The notes under the pieces are model-generated. The model saw only the letters and a program-made list of their open reading frames with translations, was not told the origin of the DNA and did no database searches. Below are positions 1 to 13,388 of a stretch of DNA of 64,000 nt, piece by piece. The stretch spans positions 44,394,001 to 44,458,000 of the forward strand of contig CM097885.1 of assembly GCA_044892525.1 (NCBI GenBank), in the 5' to 3' direction. How positions within the stretch are numbered: position 1 is the stretch's first letter; each line of letters begins with the position of its first letter. Source of the DNA: Schmidtea polychroa. Taxonomy: Eukaryota. A program made the translations under genes and the position numbers.

Positions 1-41
1 ACTTTTAGAATTTATTACATTTTCAATAAACTTTTATTTAG

Positions 42-174
42 TGTATGCGGTGTACAACATTTACAACGGGGAGGCTATAAACAATTTACTCTGTTTGAGT
101 CTTTCTGGTTTGTAATAGTTACATTCTCCACTGTTGGCTACGGAGATTACAAGCCTGATATTTGGCCTAGTCAA
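42..174 (+). CDS. KCNT1: Slo2/Slack K+ channel exon (pore helix and selectivity filter)
   Basis: AG|...|GT exon translating [44 protein letters not shown]; contains the TVGYGD filter. Symbol denotes the family (KCNT1/2, slo-2). Confidence 0.95.
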
Positions 175-1072
175 GTATGTGAGCACTTTTTTTTAATTTT
201 TAAAATTATCTATTAAATATCAATTAATGCTATGGTTAATCATAAAAGCCTTTTCATTTATTCATTGTTTTTGCATCATTTTAAAAACTTAGGTCTGTCA
301 AATATGATGTTTATTCAACTAAATCTGTTTTTCCCAGATCTTCTTTAAACATTTAATAATTCTGACTTTACCGCTTTTTAGTCTAATGGAATGTCTTAGT
401 TTTTATGAAATAACATTTTATCTAAATTAGTCCTGAAATGTTAATTATTATATATTTAGATATCAGTGGCCGATATTTCAAATTTTTACTTATTCATTTT
501 TTCGCTTTTCATATTTAAATTTTATATCAATTTTTAGTGTCTCTGAATATTTTCTTTTTTAAAGCAAATGTAAGTGACAGACAGTCTAGCATGTAACAGT
601 ATTGAATTTCTGGAAATTTCATACTACATGAGATCTGTCTTAATTTGCGCACCTACTAAGATCAAGCCACTGCAATACCAATACAAGTTGAGTGTATACA
701 AATAGTTCAACGTTTAAATCTATCGCATTCGTGCCTATTTTATACTAAGGACTACCAAGGTTTAGTCGGAGGCTTCTTATTTTGTATCCAAATTATTGCA
801 CTTCAATGTTCTGTTGAATCATATAATACTTTCTTTTAATTTTGATTTTAGTCTGCTTAAAGTAATATAAATAAATTCTTGCATTATAATATAACAATGT
901 GAATAGCAATGTGAGAAATGTTGAACCAAAACCTTGTGGTTACCCTTAGGAAATTAATGACCCTCTGTAATTTAACTAAATAAACTTTTAATTTCGATTA
1001 ATGATGAAAAATATAATTAAATTTATTTTACTACAAATTCTTTTTATAATAAAACATGAAATGCTTATTAAG

Positions 1073-1288
1073 GTCTTCATGATAGTGATGATTGTGGTAG
1101 GAATCACAATCATACCAACGCAGTTAGAGAAACTGGCGTACGTTTGGATTGAAAGGAATAGATTGGGTGCTACGTACAGCCGACATAGAGCGCAAACAGA
1201 ACAACACGTTGTAGTATGCACGACAGCTTTGCAGTCTGATACAATTATGGACTTCCTAAATGAATTCTATGCTCATCCTAAATTGCAA
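1073..1288 (+). CDS. KCNT1: Slo2/KCNT exon (S6 and start of RCK1)
   Basis: VFMIVMIVVGITIIPTQLEKLAYVWIER...EQHVVVCTTALQSDTIMDFLNEFYAHPKLQ; AG/GT bounded. Confidence 0.95.
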
Positions 1289-1333
1289 GTATAATTTAAT
1301 GTTAATAATATTTCTATTTAAATTTTATTTTAG

Positions 1334-1470
1334 GATTATTATGTTTGTCTTTTATCTCCATGCGAATTGGACAGTACAATGAAAATGATTATGCAAGTAC
1401 CTATTTGGGCACAAAGAGTTATATTTATTCAGGGTTCGGCCCTTAAAGATGTAGATTTAGCGAGATGCAG
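1334..1470 (+). CDS. KCNT1: Slo2/KCNT exon (RCK1)
   Basis: DYYVCLLSPCELDSTMKMIMQVPIWAQRVIFIQGSALKDVDLARCR; follows a 45-bp intron. Confidence 0.93.
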
Positions 1471-1516
1471 GTTAATGATAAAATATACATAATAAAATAA
1501 AAATTCATATACATAT

Positions 1517-1518
<2 letters not shown>

Positions 1519-1601
<83 letters not shown>
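1519..1601. repeat. (TAA)n microsatellite
   Basis: Perfect trinucleotide run; similar runs at ~6560-6838, 9279-9395, 11713-11765, 17229-17298, 33788-33906. Confidence 0.95.
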
Positions 1602-1603
<2 letters not shown>

Positions 1604-2747
1604 TGTAAAATTGATTCGAAAACTTTTGTCTACCTCATAAGAAAAGTCAAGATATATCGAAAGTTCCAAACACATGATTATAAATGAAAAACATATTCTA
1701 AAAATGTCATCTTTGAACAAAGAGCAATTCTTTCATGTCAGACTTTCTTAACTAATTTACGAAATCTGCTACCAATGCCAAGAATGTTCTATTCATCACC
1801 ACGCAAAGACGGATATGAAAATCTACTACCAATTTTGAATGAAATTTGATGTTAAAGATTTGTCCCTTCTTTCAACCCGCAGAACATCAATTTGGTGACA
1901 TTATTACACATTGTTAGAGTTGTAGTGCTTTATCACTATGATAAAAAGGAAGGCCCTGGTTGTCTTTATAGAGATTGTCAGTGTGAATTCAACCCAAAGC
2001 TTGTTTGACTTTCTTTTATTTGACCGGAGTGTACAGTTAATTAATTTATCTGCAATTTTTTAATAAATACAATGTCAATTGAAAAGAAATCAGAGGTGAA
2101 AATCGATATATGGCTGCTCTTTTATTCTCTTATGTGTTCCCTTAATTTTTACTTGTCAAATTCATCTAATTAATTTTTGATTAATTAACACATTAAAAAT
2201 AGTATAAATAAAAAATTATCTATTATTCACTTTATTATATAAAAATCTTTTTTTAATTTATTATTTCCTAATTTCCATTTTATTTTAATTTTATACAATT
2301 TGCAAGGTCTATTTTTTTGTTTTTTAATATACTTATAATTTATTTATTCTAATTTATGTTGAGAGCTGATAATTTTTCAATTAAAAATTGGAAAAATTAA
2401 TAAATAATATTCGGTTCTTGTCGGTTAATGAGGGGCTTTTTTATTGTTTCAATTTATATTTAACCAATTAAGACAAGCAAAATGAGAAAGTCAATAGAAA
2501 GTGAACAAATAGAAAAGATACAGTAGAGTAAATTGCCATAAGATTAGATAATGAGAAATTGATAATTTACATTACAGTGATAAAGTTTTGCGAACTCCCC
2601 TATATTTCTCCACGAACTTGAATTTTTGACAGCTAAACATGTCGGGCTTGAGATCACTAAATGAAGCTCTACTTTGGCACATAAGTGCAGTGTAGCAAAT
2701 CGAAATGTCATAAAAAAGTGAGAATGCGAATGGGTAACACGATAGAA

Positions 2748-4261
2748 AGTAGAGAGATGTGAGGTCCCTGCCGCATTTTGGTATCCCCCCCTTACTACTC
2801 AATATTTAATCAGAAGTTAACAAATATTTTCATTAATTATTTCCTTTTATTTCAACAATGTTCATTGGATGATGTGTAAGCATCAACTTCTCAAACTTTT
2901 CTTTCTCTTGGTGTAAAATTAATTCATGTACATAGGGCGATTAAATTCACAAACAATAATATTTTCAAAGATTACATCGATACCAATACCCCACTTTGGG
3001 TGGAATCGAGTAATGCCGTGGATAAAAATTATTATAAGTTATTAAATAATAGTCTTTACGGCAAGACCGTAGAGAATCTGAAAAAACGTCTGAATTTGCG
3101 GCTTTGTAATTCGGCTTCTAGGCTAATTACATATACATCTAAACCAACGTTTAAAAGGACTTATGAAATTGACAATAACTTAGAATTAGTCTTGCTAAAT
3201 AAGGAACCTGTTTGTTTAGATAGACTCAGTTACATTGGTCAAACTGTACTGGACTTATCAAAACTTAGAATGTATCAACTGCAGTATGAAGTTACAAAAA
3301 TATCATAACGAATTCAACTGTAAAATTAATATCGTTGCAGGCGATACAGATTCATTTTTTCTTGAAGTAATTAATTTTAATTAATTGTAAGCTTGGTGTC
3401 TTTTTACCAGCCATGATCCGTGATAATTTACTAGACACATCTAATTACGATCCTAGTCATCCTTAATATAGTAGGAACCTTGATTCTGTCATTGGAAAGT
3501 TCAAAGACGAGAATAAAAGTCTTAAATATAAGGAGTGGGTTTTTCTTAGGCCAAAGTGTTATAGTTTGTTAGGTGATGACGAGACTAAAAAAGCTATAGG
3601 AGTAACATTGAAAGATAGTGACATAAAACATCAGTCGTACCTGGATTGTTATAACACTAAACAAATTTTTTTCTATACCGCAAACTAAAATAACTGGCAA
3701 AAATCACCAGCTATTCACCATAAAAAATGAAAAAACTGCACTTACCAACGCAGATGATAAAAGGGTTTGGGTGGGGAAAAATAAAAGTTATGCATATGGG
3801 AATTATATGGGAGGTGACTCATTTTCTGTTCAATAATTCCATCCGGATCCACCATTCTCGTAATTCAAAGAATCAGCTGAAGATATACCAAATGTTATTT
3901 AAATAAATCTTTGTTAAAATATTGGTTTTTATTGATTTTCTTTTCAGAATTAAATGCATAATAAGTTTGAGTAATATATGTTTATACTTTGAACATTTTT
4001 GTCTCAGTTTGCGTAAATTAGTAAAAAAAATTAAAAAAAGAAAGAGTATTAAGAATAACAGATAAGAGTTAATAATTTAAATTTACATTACAATAAATTA
4101 AAAAACAAAATTAAAAAAAAATAATAAAGAAATAAAATTATAATAATTAATTAATTAAATAAAAATAGTGAAATAAAAGGAAATAATTAATGAAAATATT
4201 TGTTAACTTCTGATTAAATATTGAGTACCAAAATCCAACAGGAAGCTCACATCTCTCTACT
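2748..4261 (+). mobile_element. Internally deleted Polinton/Maverick (1.5 kb) with ~100-bp TIRs
   Basis: 2748-2854 and 4169-4261 are imperfect inverted repeats (AGTAGAGAGATGTGAG...CTCACATCTCTCTACT) enclosing a pPolB fragment. Flanks ATAGAA / ACTGAA match 4 of 6, a possible decayed TSD. Confidence 0.8.
2880..3830 (+). pseudogene. Protein-primed family B DNA polymerase (Polinton/adintovirus type), C-terminal fragment, frameshifted
   Basis: LSLGVKLIHVHRAIKF, YKLLNNSLYGKTVEN (KxxxNSxYGK motif), IGQTVLDLSKLRMY, AGDTDS, LDTSNY, IGKFKDE, LRPKCYS, DDKR spread over several frames. Confidence 0.88.
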
Positions 4262-4955
4262 ACTGAAGTATCTCGAATACTATTCAAAGCAATCGTCCGG
4301 AGCCGAAGAATGAATGTCAATAAAGTTTTGTAAAAGGCAGCTGAAAATGGACAAAGGCACCTCAGTGGAATACTCCAATTTCATGTGATAAAAGTGGATA
4401 TTTAATGGAATTATATTAAAAAAAGGAGGTATTTTTTCAATCAGTGGCTATTCTGCTTCCAAAACATGCATCAAAGCATCACTAATATCTAGCAAGTGTA
4501 CAATTACCTTCAATTCACTTATCAGATAATCAATCATAAATACAGACTCATAAACTCAAATGGCCCGAAGAATGTGGTGATCAGTGAAATGGCGAAAAAA
4601 ACAAGCAGAGTGGAACCAAACAGGAAGTCATTCAGAATACATCAAAGAGTTCATGTAGTGAAACCGCCTTCGTGATTTGAAATCGTTTGATAAAATGCTT
4701 CAGGATATTGATAATGTTTGGCCTCATTTCTGTTGATTGTTCAGAGAATGCATTTTCTAAACATTTGCAAATAGGCATTCGTTAACCAACGAGAACCTAA
4801 TATAGTTTGTAAACTGTTTAGGGAAATTTTATTTAATCTATTATAATAATATTTTGTCTAATCAAATACTTGTAATGCTCCTATTAGACTGATTTTTCAC
4901 AACTATTCTGAGATAAAAATATGTATTAATAAGATAATAATAATATAAATTTTAG

Positions 4956-5019
4956 AATGCAAGATGCAGAAGCTTGCTTTATTTTGGCAGCTAACAATTA
5001 TCAGGACCTGGATGCAGCT
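4956..5019 (+). CDS. KCNT1: Slo2/KCNT exon
   Basis: MQDAEACFILAANNYQDLDAA; tttag| acceptor and |gtaagt donor, phase-compatible with neighbours. Confidence 0.9.
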
Positions 5020-6585
5020 GTAAGTAACATCAACTTTCTTCTTGTTTCAGAATTTTTTACAAATAAACTTAAAAAATTATGAATTTCATGTTAAAATATT
5101 ATTCTTTTTTATGCCGGTTTTATTGTAATTAAAAACTCTGTAAATTTTTATCTTAATTGTGTAATAATAATAATTATTGGTTAATAATTTTCAGTTAAAA
5201 TAAAAATAAATCAAAGAATTTATTTACAGGAAAAATCATATTTTTATATAAATATTTTATCAAAGCAAATGTTTAAAATAAAATAAAAAAAATTACTAAA
5301 ATTCAAATCAAACACAAAAAAACACTCAAAAAACTTGAATGCAAACCTCTTCACAAATACTAATAGTAAAATATTTTGTTTGTAATAAAACCTAACAATA
5401 TTATATATGTATATATAAAGGTAATTAAAACAACGTGGCACAATTTATAATGAAAAAAACAACTGAATTTTTAAGAATATATATTACAAATGTCTATAAT
5501 ATAAATAGACTTTTTGTAAAGATTTTCAACTCCTTTTCAAATAATTTCAAAAGTAAAATTAAAACTATTATAAAACTATTATAAACTATTATTTTTAATA
5601 ATTTAATAATAAATAAATTTTGAGAAACGTTAGATGAAAATATTTATCAAATGATTATGAATTTAAGAAAACATTTAAGTAAGTTACTGATCGAGTATTT
5701 AAACAATTTATTTCCAAAATAATTAAATCGAATTATATCAAATTTATAAATATTATTTAATGACATTTTATGTTAATTAATATTCAAATTTGAAATTATT
5801 TATGAATTGTTTTGAATTTTGAAATAATTAATTTTGACTTTAATTCAATATTAATTACCGTTGCCAATATAATTCGTGATTTCATTGTCAGAAATCTTTC
5901 GAGCTACTCCACTCACAAATATCCTTGTTTTCATCAAAATGACAAAAGTACTTCAAGTTTAGATTTTTACACATATATTTAAAAATAAATAAATTATTAT
6001 TAATTCTTATAAAAACAAATGTGTTTTCAATTATGAAATAATTACAGCCATTTCAAAAATTAAATACATAATTTTCTCTGTAACAATGTATGGCTGTGAT
6101 GCTATTTAAAGGTTTAAAATGAATACTAATTAATTATTAGTTAATGATATTTTTTTATATAAGAATTTCCAAGTATTTTATATTAAAACTTTGAATATGA
6201 AACTAGCTTTTTAGAAGAGAAACTATACACTAATAGAACATAAAAATAATTAATCATCAAAGCTGAAAATTAAACATTCAAAAGATCGTCATTTTGACGG
6301 ATTATAACCAGTGATTAGCTGAGGGCTTGGTCCTGCTTGAGCTAGCCAGTTGTTAATTATTTTATGAATTGTCGATCCGGCTGTTAAATTTATTCAAATA
6401 ATTGTTTTTATTTGTTAAACAATACTTTATGCACCAATAGCCTCAAAATATAATAACAAATAAAGTATTATTGTATAATGGAATAAAGATTCGCAGATCT
6501 TGTATTACTGAACCCTTCCCTCCACAATAACGAAATTTTCAAATGAGTTCATTATGTGTATTATTATTAATTATTATTATTATTA

Positions 6586-6618
<33 letters not shown>

Positions 6619-6619
6619 G

Positions 6620-6654
<35 letters not shown>

Positions 6655-6670
6655 GATTATTATTATTATG

Positions 6671-6718
<48 letters not shown>

Positions 6719-7125
6719 TTATTATTATTATATTTTATTATTATTATTACTACTATTATTTTATCATTATTATTATTTATTATTAATATTATTATTATTT
6801 TATTATCATTATTATTATTACTATTATTATTATTATTAACCTCCTATAACAGTTATTAAATTTGAGTTTTTTTATTTGAGAACATTATCTGTATTATTGC
6901 TACACGGTGTAACTACTTGATCCTCGGTCATTATTAATATTAAGTAAGCAATTTAAAACAGTCATTTGGAAAATTTTATTGTTCTTAACTATAAAATAAT
7001 TTTAAAAAAACATTAAATTTTATTTTAATTTTAAAAAAATAAAAATAAAAAAAAAATATCATAAATTTTAATTTAATTTTTAAAATATGTTTTTATGTTT
7101 ATTAAATAAAAATATTTCTTGCTAG

Positions 7126-7234
7126 GATCAGCATACAATAATGAGATCTTGGGCAGTGAAAGATTTTGCGCCTCATTGCCCTCAATATGTGCAATTGTAT
7201 AGACCAGAAAATAAGTTTCATGTGAGATTTGCAG
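7126..7234 (+). CDS. KCNT1: Slo2/KCNT exon
   Basis: [36 protein letters not shown]. Confidence 0.93.
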
Positions 7235-7281
7235 GTGGAAATAAAATGACTTACTTAATACTGACTAATTGTATCCCATAG

Positions 7282-7390
7282 AACACGTAGTTTGTGAGGA
7301 TGAATTCAAATATGCGCTTCTAGCGAACAATACATTGGTTCCTGGCATTTCGACACTTGTCACTTTATTGTTACATACATCAAGGGGGCA
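7282..7390 (+). CDS. KCNT1: Slo2/KCNT exon
   Basis: [35 protein letters not shown]. Confidence 0.93.
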
Positions 7391-7445
7391 GTAAGATAAA
7401 TTATATATTATTTAGTATTTGTTTTAATATTTTTGATTTGAATAG

Positions 7446-7595
7446 AGAAGGACAAAGTTCATCTGAAGAATGGCAACGAGTATACGGTAGATGTAGTGGA
7501 AATGAAATTTATCATATTGTTCTCGGTGATAGTAGATTCTTTAAAGAGTATGAAGGGAAATCTTTTTCTCATGCTAGCTTTCACGCTCATAGAAA
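7446..7595 (+). CDS. KCNT1: Slo2/KCNT exon
   Basis: [49 protein letters not shown]. Confidence 0.93.
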
Positions 7596-7650
7596 GTTTC
7601 TTTATTTTAAAAATAATATTACTTTTAATTTATATGGTTTTATACTTTAG

Positions 7651-7808
7651 ATACGGTGTAAGTCTTGTCGCGATCTCATCTTCCATAAATGGCAATATTC
7701 AACTGAATCCTGGTCCAAGGCATTTAATGGAATCAACAGACATATGCTTTTATTTATCAATAACTAAAGAGGAGAATTCGGCTTGCATTTTTAGCAATAA
7801 CTGTACAG
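7651..7808 (+). CDS. KCNT1: Slo2/KCNT exon (donor ambiguous: GT after 7802 or GC after 7808)
   Basis: [44 protein letters not shown]. Confidence 0.88.
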
Positions 7809-9154
7809 GCAAGATGTTTTTACATTGAAATAGTTTTCTTCAAAGATTAATTACCAAATATGACCAATAAAACAATCTTTTAAAATAAACGTCTTAAAGG
7901 TGAAGGTTATGGTTCCTAGTACAGTGCCATTTCAGAAAGAATTTTACATTTATAATAATAAAGAAAATAAATTAAATGCAAATATGTTTGTTGGGATTCT
8001 AAAATATTTCATTGCATATTTCTTCATTGACTTTCAGCACGTTCTTCTAAAATTGTGAAGAAGTTATTAAACGAAAAGAGAAGTTAAGAAGAGAAGATAA
8101 AGGGCTCTGGCCAAGGATATTTATGAATAATATTTTGAATATCATTAAATATCTAATAAAGGTTCTTATTAAGAACGTTTTCGGAGGTAGGTGGTTCACA
8201 GGATGTGTGGAGAAGTAATTACAAAAGACAAAAACGAAAAACTAAAATATCTATAATATTGTCTCACAGAAAGCATGTGAAAATAGTAAAAATGACAGTG
8301 AATAATATTGTTACTAAAAATATGGAAAAGTATTTTATTTTTAACACCGTATTTAAGTATTTAACCAATGCCTATAAATAAAAAAATTCATTATCAAAAA
8401 TAATATATTGTACGTTGCAAATACAAATTCCTTGGGCAGCCGCCTTAGAAGGACAATTATAAACTGATAAATTCAGTCAGCATAAATATTTGTGAATAAT
8501 AATTTGAGAGAAACTTACAATGTCAGTTTTGAGAATATTATAAAAGAACTTTAATCCTTTAAGGGCGAAATAATTTTTTCGAATAACTTTAGAGATCCAA
8601 AATAACGTAATCAAAAGAGATTGAAAAAGGCTAGGAGTTTAAAAGTATGGGGAAATTCGGTAACAATATTATTTTTTTAATTTTAATTAATTTGTTTAGC
8701 ACAAAATCAAAGTTATTTATAGCAATGTCATCTGAACCTTCTATGTATGCAATGTTTTTGGTCAAAATTATAATACAAAATTTGACCCTAACTTAATATT
8801 TAGGGAAGTTTAATAAAGGTTTGTAAAATATTTGAATATGTGGAGTACAGAAATACGACTTAATGAAATAACACAATTAAAATCCATAATATCATCATTA
8901 TATAATTTCCCTATGGGACTCATGATTTATGGGATAATTAATTTGATAGAAATTATATTATCTTAGGCGCATCAATAAAATATATAAATAAATTATATTG
9001 TTTATTCTCAAAGAAATTATTAAAATCAATTTTAATCGAATTAATTCAAATTATGTAAATATTGAAATAATTCATAATAATGATAAAGCATTAATAAACT
9101 AATAAGTCTTTATTATTTATTAATAATATATTTTTATATTAATATTTATATTAG

Positions 9155-9274
9155 ATGAATCGCAAAAACAGTCCTCGTCAATGAAAGAAAATCAGTCAAT
9201 GTCCCAATTAAATGAATTTACACTTTCAAGATCTTCATCATTCAATAGAAGCAATGGGCAACCACCAAATGACG
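9155..9274 (+). CDS. KCNT1: Probable KCNT linker exon
   Basis: AG/GT bounded, phase 1-1, open frame ESQKQSSSMKENQSMSQLNEFTLSRSSSFNRSNGQPPND; poorly conserved region. Confidence 0.6.
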
Positions 9275-9288
9275 GTTTATTATTATTA

Positions 9289-9396
<108 letters not shown>

Positions 9397-10414
9397 GTTT
9401 TATTTGTTTTATTTGTTTTATTATTATAATTGAAATCATAACTAATTTTATTATAATTGCTATTTCTGTATAAGATGAGATTGTTTATCATTCATTATAT
9501 TACCGGATATCCTAAAATGGATTGATAGATGTCATAATTCATACCTGAGTTATTAAAAATACGCTAATTGAAAATTTTATATAATTAATTCTTTCTCAGT
9601 ATACATCCAATAAAAATGTAAAAATTGAGTAAAATTTAAATAAAAATATATACATAATCATAAATAGGCATAATAATATAAGAAAGCATTAGCAATTTAA
9701 CATATTATAGGTTGATGAAAAACGTTATTGCTAGGTTTTTAATTTAATTTTGTAGAATAATTTTCGCTCCTGACTCTTCTTGTCTCTTTGTATATGAATA
9801 AAACCTAACATATTGGAAAGTTATATTTCCATCAAACGTTGCAAAATATAATCACAATGCCTGTCTGCCCACTTACCAATGCGGAATTTGATTTGAACAT
9901 TCAACTGACCAAATAGACGCATGGAAAAAACCTACAATAATTATTATTACTTTATAAATTAAATGAGATTGTTTCTCAGTGATATTAATTTGATACAAAT
10001 TTAAACAAAAATTTTATCCACTTCAAAATATCCTTTGAAAAATCATCTCTCACTTCAAAAAAAAAATCTAATCTGGTAAAAGAAATTGGTTTCACTTTTT
10101 TTTCACAATAATTGATGCAAAAATTGTGAGAAATTGAAGTAATTTTAATTCTTTTAATTTTTAAGAAATCACAATAAATTACAAAACTTTTATCCTTTTA
10201 CAACCATTAAAATATCATAATTGCCCAACAATTCAAGAAAATACTTAGCTGAATAAATCATTTGAAAATTTAATAAATTTTTTTATATTTAAAGAAAACT
10301 GTAGAACTAGGGGATTATTATGGAGTAATTATAAATTTTAATTTTCTTGCCAATTTTCTCTCCTATAATTATTACTATTATGAAGACGAAATATTATCCA
10401 TCATTTAATTTCAG

Positions 10415-10603
10415 AAATTTTGTCTCATTCATTGAGTTTATATTCACAAAAAGTCCGACCTGGCCATTTGCAATGCGATGATTCCGATACGAGATTGCTA
10501 TTAGTTCCTGGTCCGACTAACGGATTATCCCGTTTGTCACCGGTTCAACGGAGACTAATTTCCCCAAGAGATAGTTTTACCCATTTGTCAGATTTATATA
10601 GTG
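10415..10603 (+). CDS. KCNT1: Probable KCNT linker exon
   Basis: ttcag| open frame ILSHSLSLYSQKVRPGHLQCDD...HLSDLYS |gttag; phase-compatible. Confidence 0.65.
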
Positions 10604-10644
10604 GTTAGATTAATATAAGATTATAATTTTCCAATGACATTCAG

Positions 10645-10708
10645 AAGCAGGTGTGAGGATTCATTGTACAGATCGAGATGAAAATGTTTATGAATCAGAT
10701 GACATTGA
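10645..10708 (+). CDS. KCNT1: Probable KCNT linker exon
   Basis: AGVRIHCTDRDENVYESDDI; |gtatgt donor gives the phase 2 needed by the next exon. Confidence 0.6.
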
Positions 10709-11007
10709 GTATGTTGATGGATATTTGATTTTTCACACGGTCATTAAAGGTTTCTTGACTAAATAAACACGTCAATTATGAATAATATTTATTCTAACAT
10801 TTTTTACTAGTTTTCTTACTATATTTCAACAATTTTATTAGAATAAGTGCTTAGAATATTTTTTCCTATAACAAACAACGAAAAGGTATTTCAACTTTCT
10901 GTTTTCCTTATGTTGCTTTTCTAAATCTTTCCCTTCAAATATTTTCATAGATTCTATCATGTTTAAAAGTAGTTTTCTTAGTTGTTTGAATAAAATCTTA
11001 ATTTTAG

Positions 11008-11358
11008 CTGTGTCAAAGGCTGCCCACCGGTCATTCCATATATTGGAACTAGTCCATGCTTGTGCCATTTAATGAAGGTGAAGCGTTTTCTATGTTGCCT
11101 GCAACTAATAAAAGCTTGTCAACATTCTCCACATGAACGTGTATCCGATTACAATTGGAGAAACCGCAGTGTTATTGTTTGCGCTGATTTTGCAAGCTAC
11201 GGACTCTTCAATTTTATTGTACCACTTCGAAGTCATTGGAGATCAAAGTATTCGCTGAAACCGATAATATTACTGCTTGAACGAGAACCAGATACATATT
11301 TTCTAGAATCTATAAGTTACTTTCCTCTCATTTATTGGATGGTTGGGTCAATAGAGCG
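11008..11358 (+). CDS. KCNT1: Slo2/KCNT exon (start of RCK2)
   Basis: VKGCPPVIPYIGTSPCLCHLMKVKRFLCCLQL...GLFNFIVPLRSHWRSKYSLKPIILLLE...FPLIYWMVGSIE. Confidence 0.93.
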
Positions 11359-11710
11359 GTAATTTTCTGAATTTTTTTATTTAGTCAAACATCAAAGTTT
11401 TATGAAGCGAATAACGATCATTTGAAATTTTTATGTTGTTCACTTGTTTACATAATATACATATTATTTCTTTAGATATATCATTTTATTTTATTAAACA
11501 ATGTTTTTTATATATTTCACACTAACAGATTGTAAGTATTATATATATATATATATATATATAAATCGCTAAAATAATTGCTAATTTTATTATTATAATC
11601 ACTATTTTTCTATAACATGAGATTGTTTACAATTTAATATGTTACATGTTATACTAATATGAATTGACAGTTGTCATTTATTAAAAAATAAAATAAAATT
11701 TATCAATAAA

Positions 11711-11770
<60 letters not shown>

Positions 11771-11812
11771 TATATTTATTAGCAATATTTTTATTGTTAT
11801 TATTATTATTAC

Positions 11813-11870
11813 TAGGGCTTGCAATACCGGTATTAATGACCACTTAATACCGGTATCCGGTATTAAATTT
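11813..11870 (+). mobile_element. hAT-like transposon end, truncated
   Basis: TAGGGCTTGCAATACCGG start with repeated ATACCGGTAT subterminal motifs; no partner end found. Confidence 0.4.
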
Positions 11871-13388
11871 TTTTGCTGTAAGTTAACATTCATATCATTT
11901 TTATTTAACTATTTTATTTTTTATAAGTAATTAGCATATGTTTAGGTGTTGTCATGTTTAAAGATTAAATCTAATTTTGAAATTTACTTACAGGTGGCCC
12001 TACTGAAGTAATTTGTTTTTTTTACATTAAGAAAGAGCCTTTTTGTACGTTAATTTTTCTAATACTAAAAAAGACACAAATTCACATAGCAAGCCGTTTC
12101 TATGGGAAATTATTGTTTTCTATTTTTCCAAATTTTCAATATTGAAGCTATGTTTTTTATTTTATAAAGAATAGTTAGTTAGTTCAGTTGTAAAGTTTTT
12201 GAAAATTTAGAGAATTGTGTTTGTGTATAATATAAAAGTTAAAAAATATTTAAAATCATAATTATAATTAATAATCATTAATTCAATTGATAAATAGCAG
12301 ATAGGTAAAGGTAAGTTAAAAGTGTGAAAATTAATTATTGTATAAGTAAAATTTTTATTTTCTATATATTTATATAGATAGCGGCGCTATCATAGCGCAC
12401 TGCTGCGGGTTTTTTAAAAATTAAAAATAATAAATAATAATAAAGAATAGCAAGATTTCTGCCGTTTGAATAAGTGGGTACAAATTTTGTACTACAAATA
12501 TTCAAAAAATTCTGTAATTTTATTACTGTTAATTTATTACTGTTTTTAGTAAGTTTAAATTTTGTTTTCGAATTTTGTCATGTGGGTATAAATTAATTAC
12601 GTATCCCAAATCAAAAAACAATAAAATGTTAAACAAGAATTAATTTGTTAGCCAAGTGATATTATGAGTCTGGTAAATTATGAGTTCATAAAAGTTTCTA
12701 ATATATTTATTTCTAATGTACAATTTCTTATGTACTTCCAATTTTAATTGAAGCTTTCAATTTCTTCTAGATAAATTTATTGTTCCCAAAAAATTAAAAT
12801 TTAATAGTCACGGCTTGTTATGTAATAAACTAGTTTAAATTACATATCCTCTCCACTTATATTCCACCAATTCTCTATTTTTCACTAATTAATCACTAAT
12901 ATCCCCCCGATTTTCCACTATTTAATCATTTGTATCCCCTCGATTTTCCATTAATTATTCACTTATAACCCCCCCCCCCCTCCGGATATTTAATCAATTA
13001 TATTTCGCCGATTTTGATTAATTATTCACTTCCCCACAAATATTTCTTTTAAAAGTTTTATTAAATTTATGAATTTTATGAAATAATTTTAAATAAATTC
13101 AATTAATATATTTCCATTCTTATCAACTTTCATCTTATCTATGCCCATTCAATGATCCATTAATGAATTATTCTACCAATTATTTTCACCCATTTGAATT
13201 TATCATTGAGTAATGAATAATTTCCTCACTTTAATGAAGATTCTTACCACCTTCATTGTTAATTTTATCAAAGTTTAAAGAATATTTACATTTTCATTTT
13301 ACATTGCTTACCACATAAGATTTTTTATCGAAATTTATGATAATTTTACTGATTCAATGAAAAATTTGAATGAGTTAATTAATATATA

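Noticed and set aside
6554..6859. Poly-I/L/Y/N ORFs (also 1505, 9192-9491, 11681, 17210, 33723)
   Set aside because: Translations of (ATT)n microsatellites.
7920..8900. Possible Tc1-like relics (also ~1600-2035, 4300-4760) and a hAT relic at ~30000-30600
   Set aside because: Only faint motif or single-end similarity; too decayed to delimit by eye.
12377..12395. GATAGCGGCGCTATC hairpin as a Helitron 3' end
   Set aside because: No CTRR terminus follows and no matching 5' end was found.
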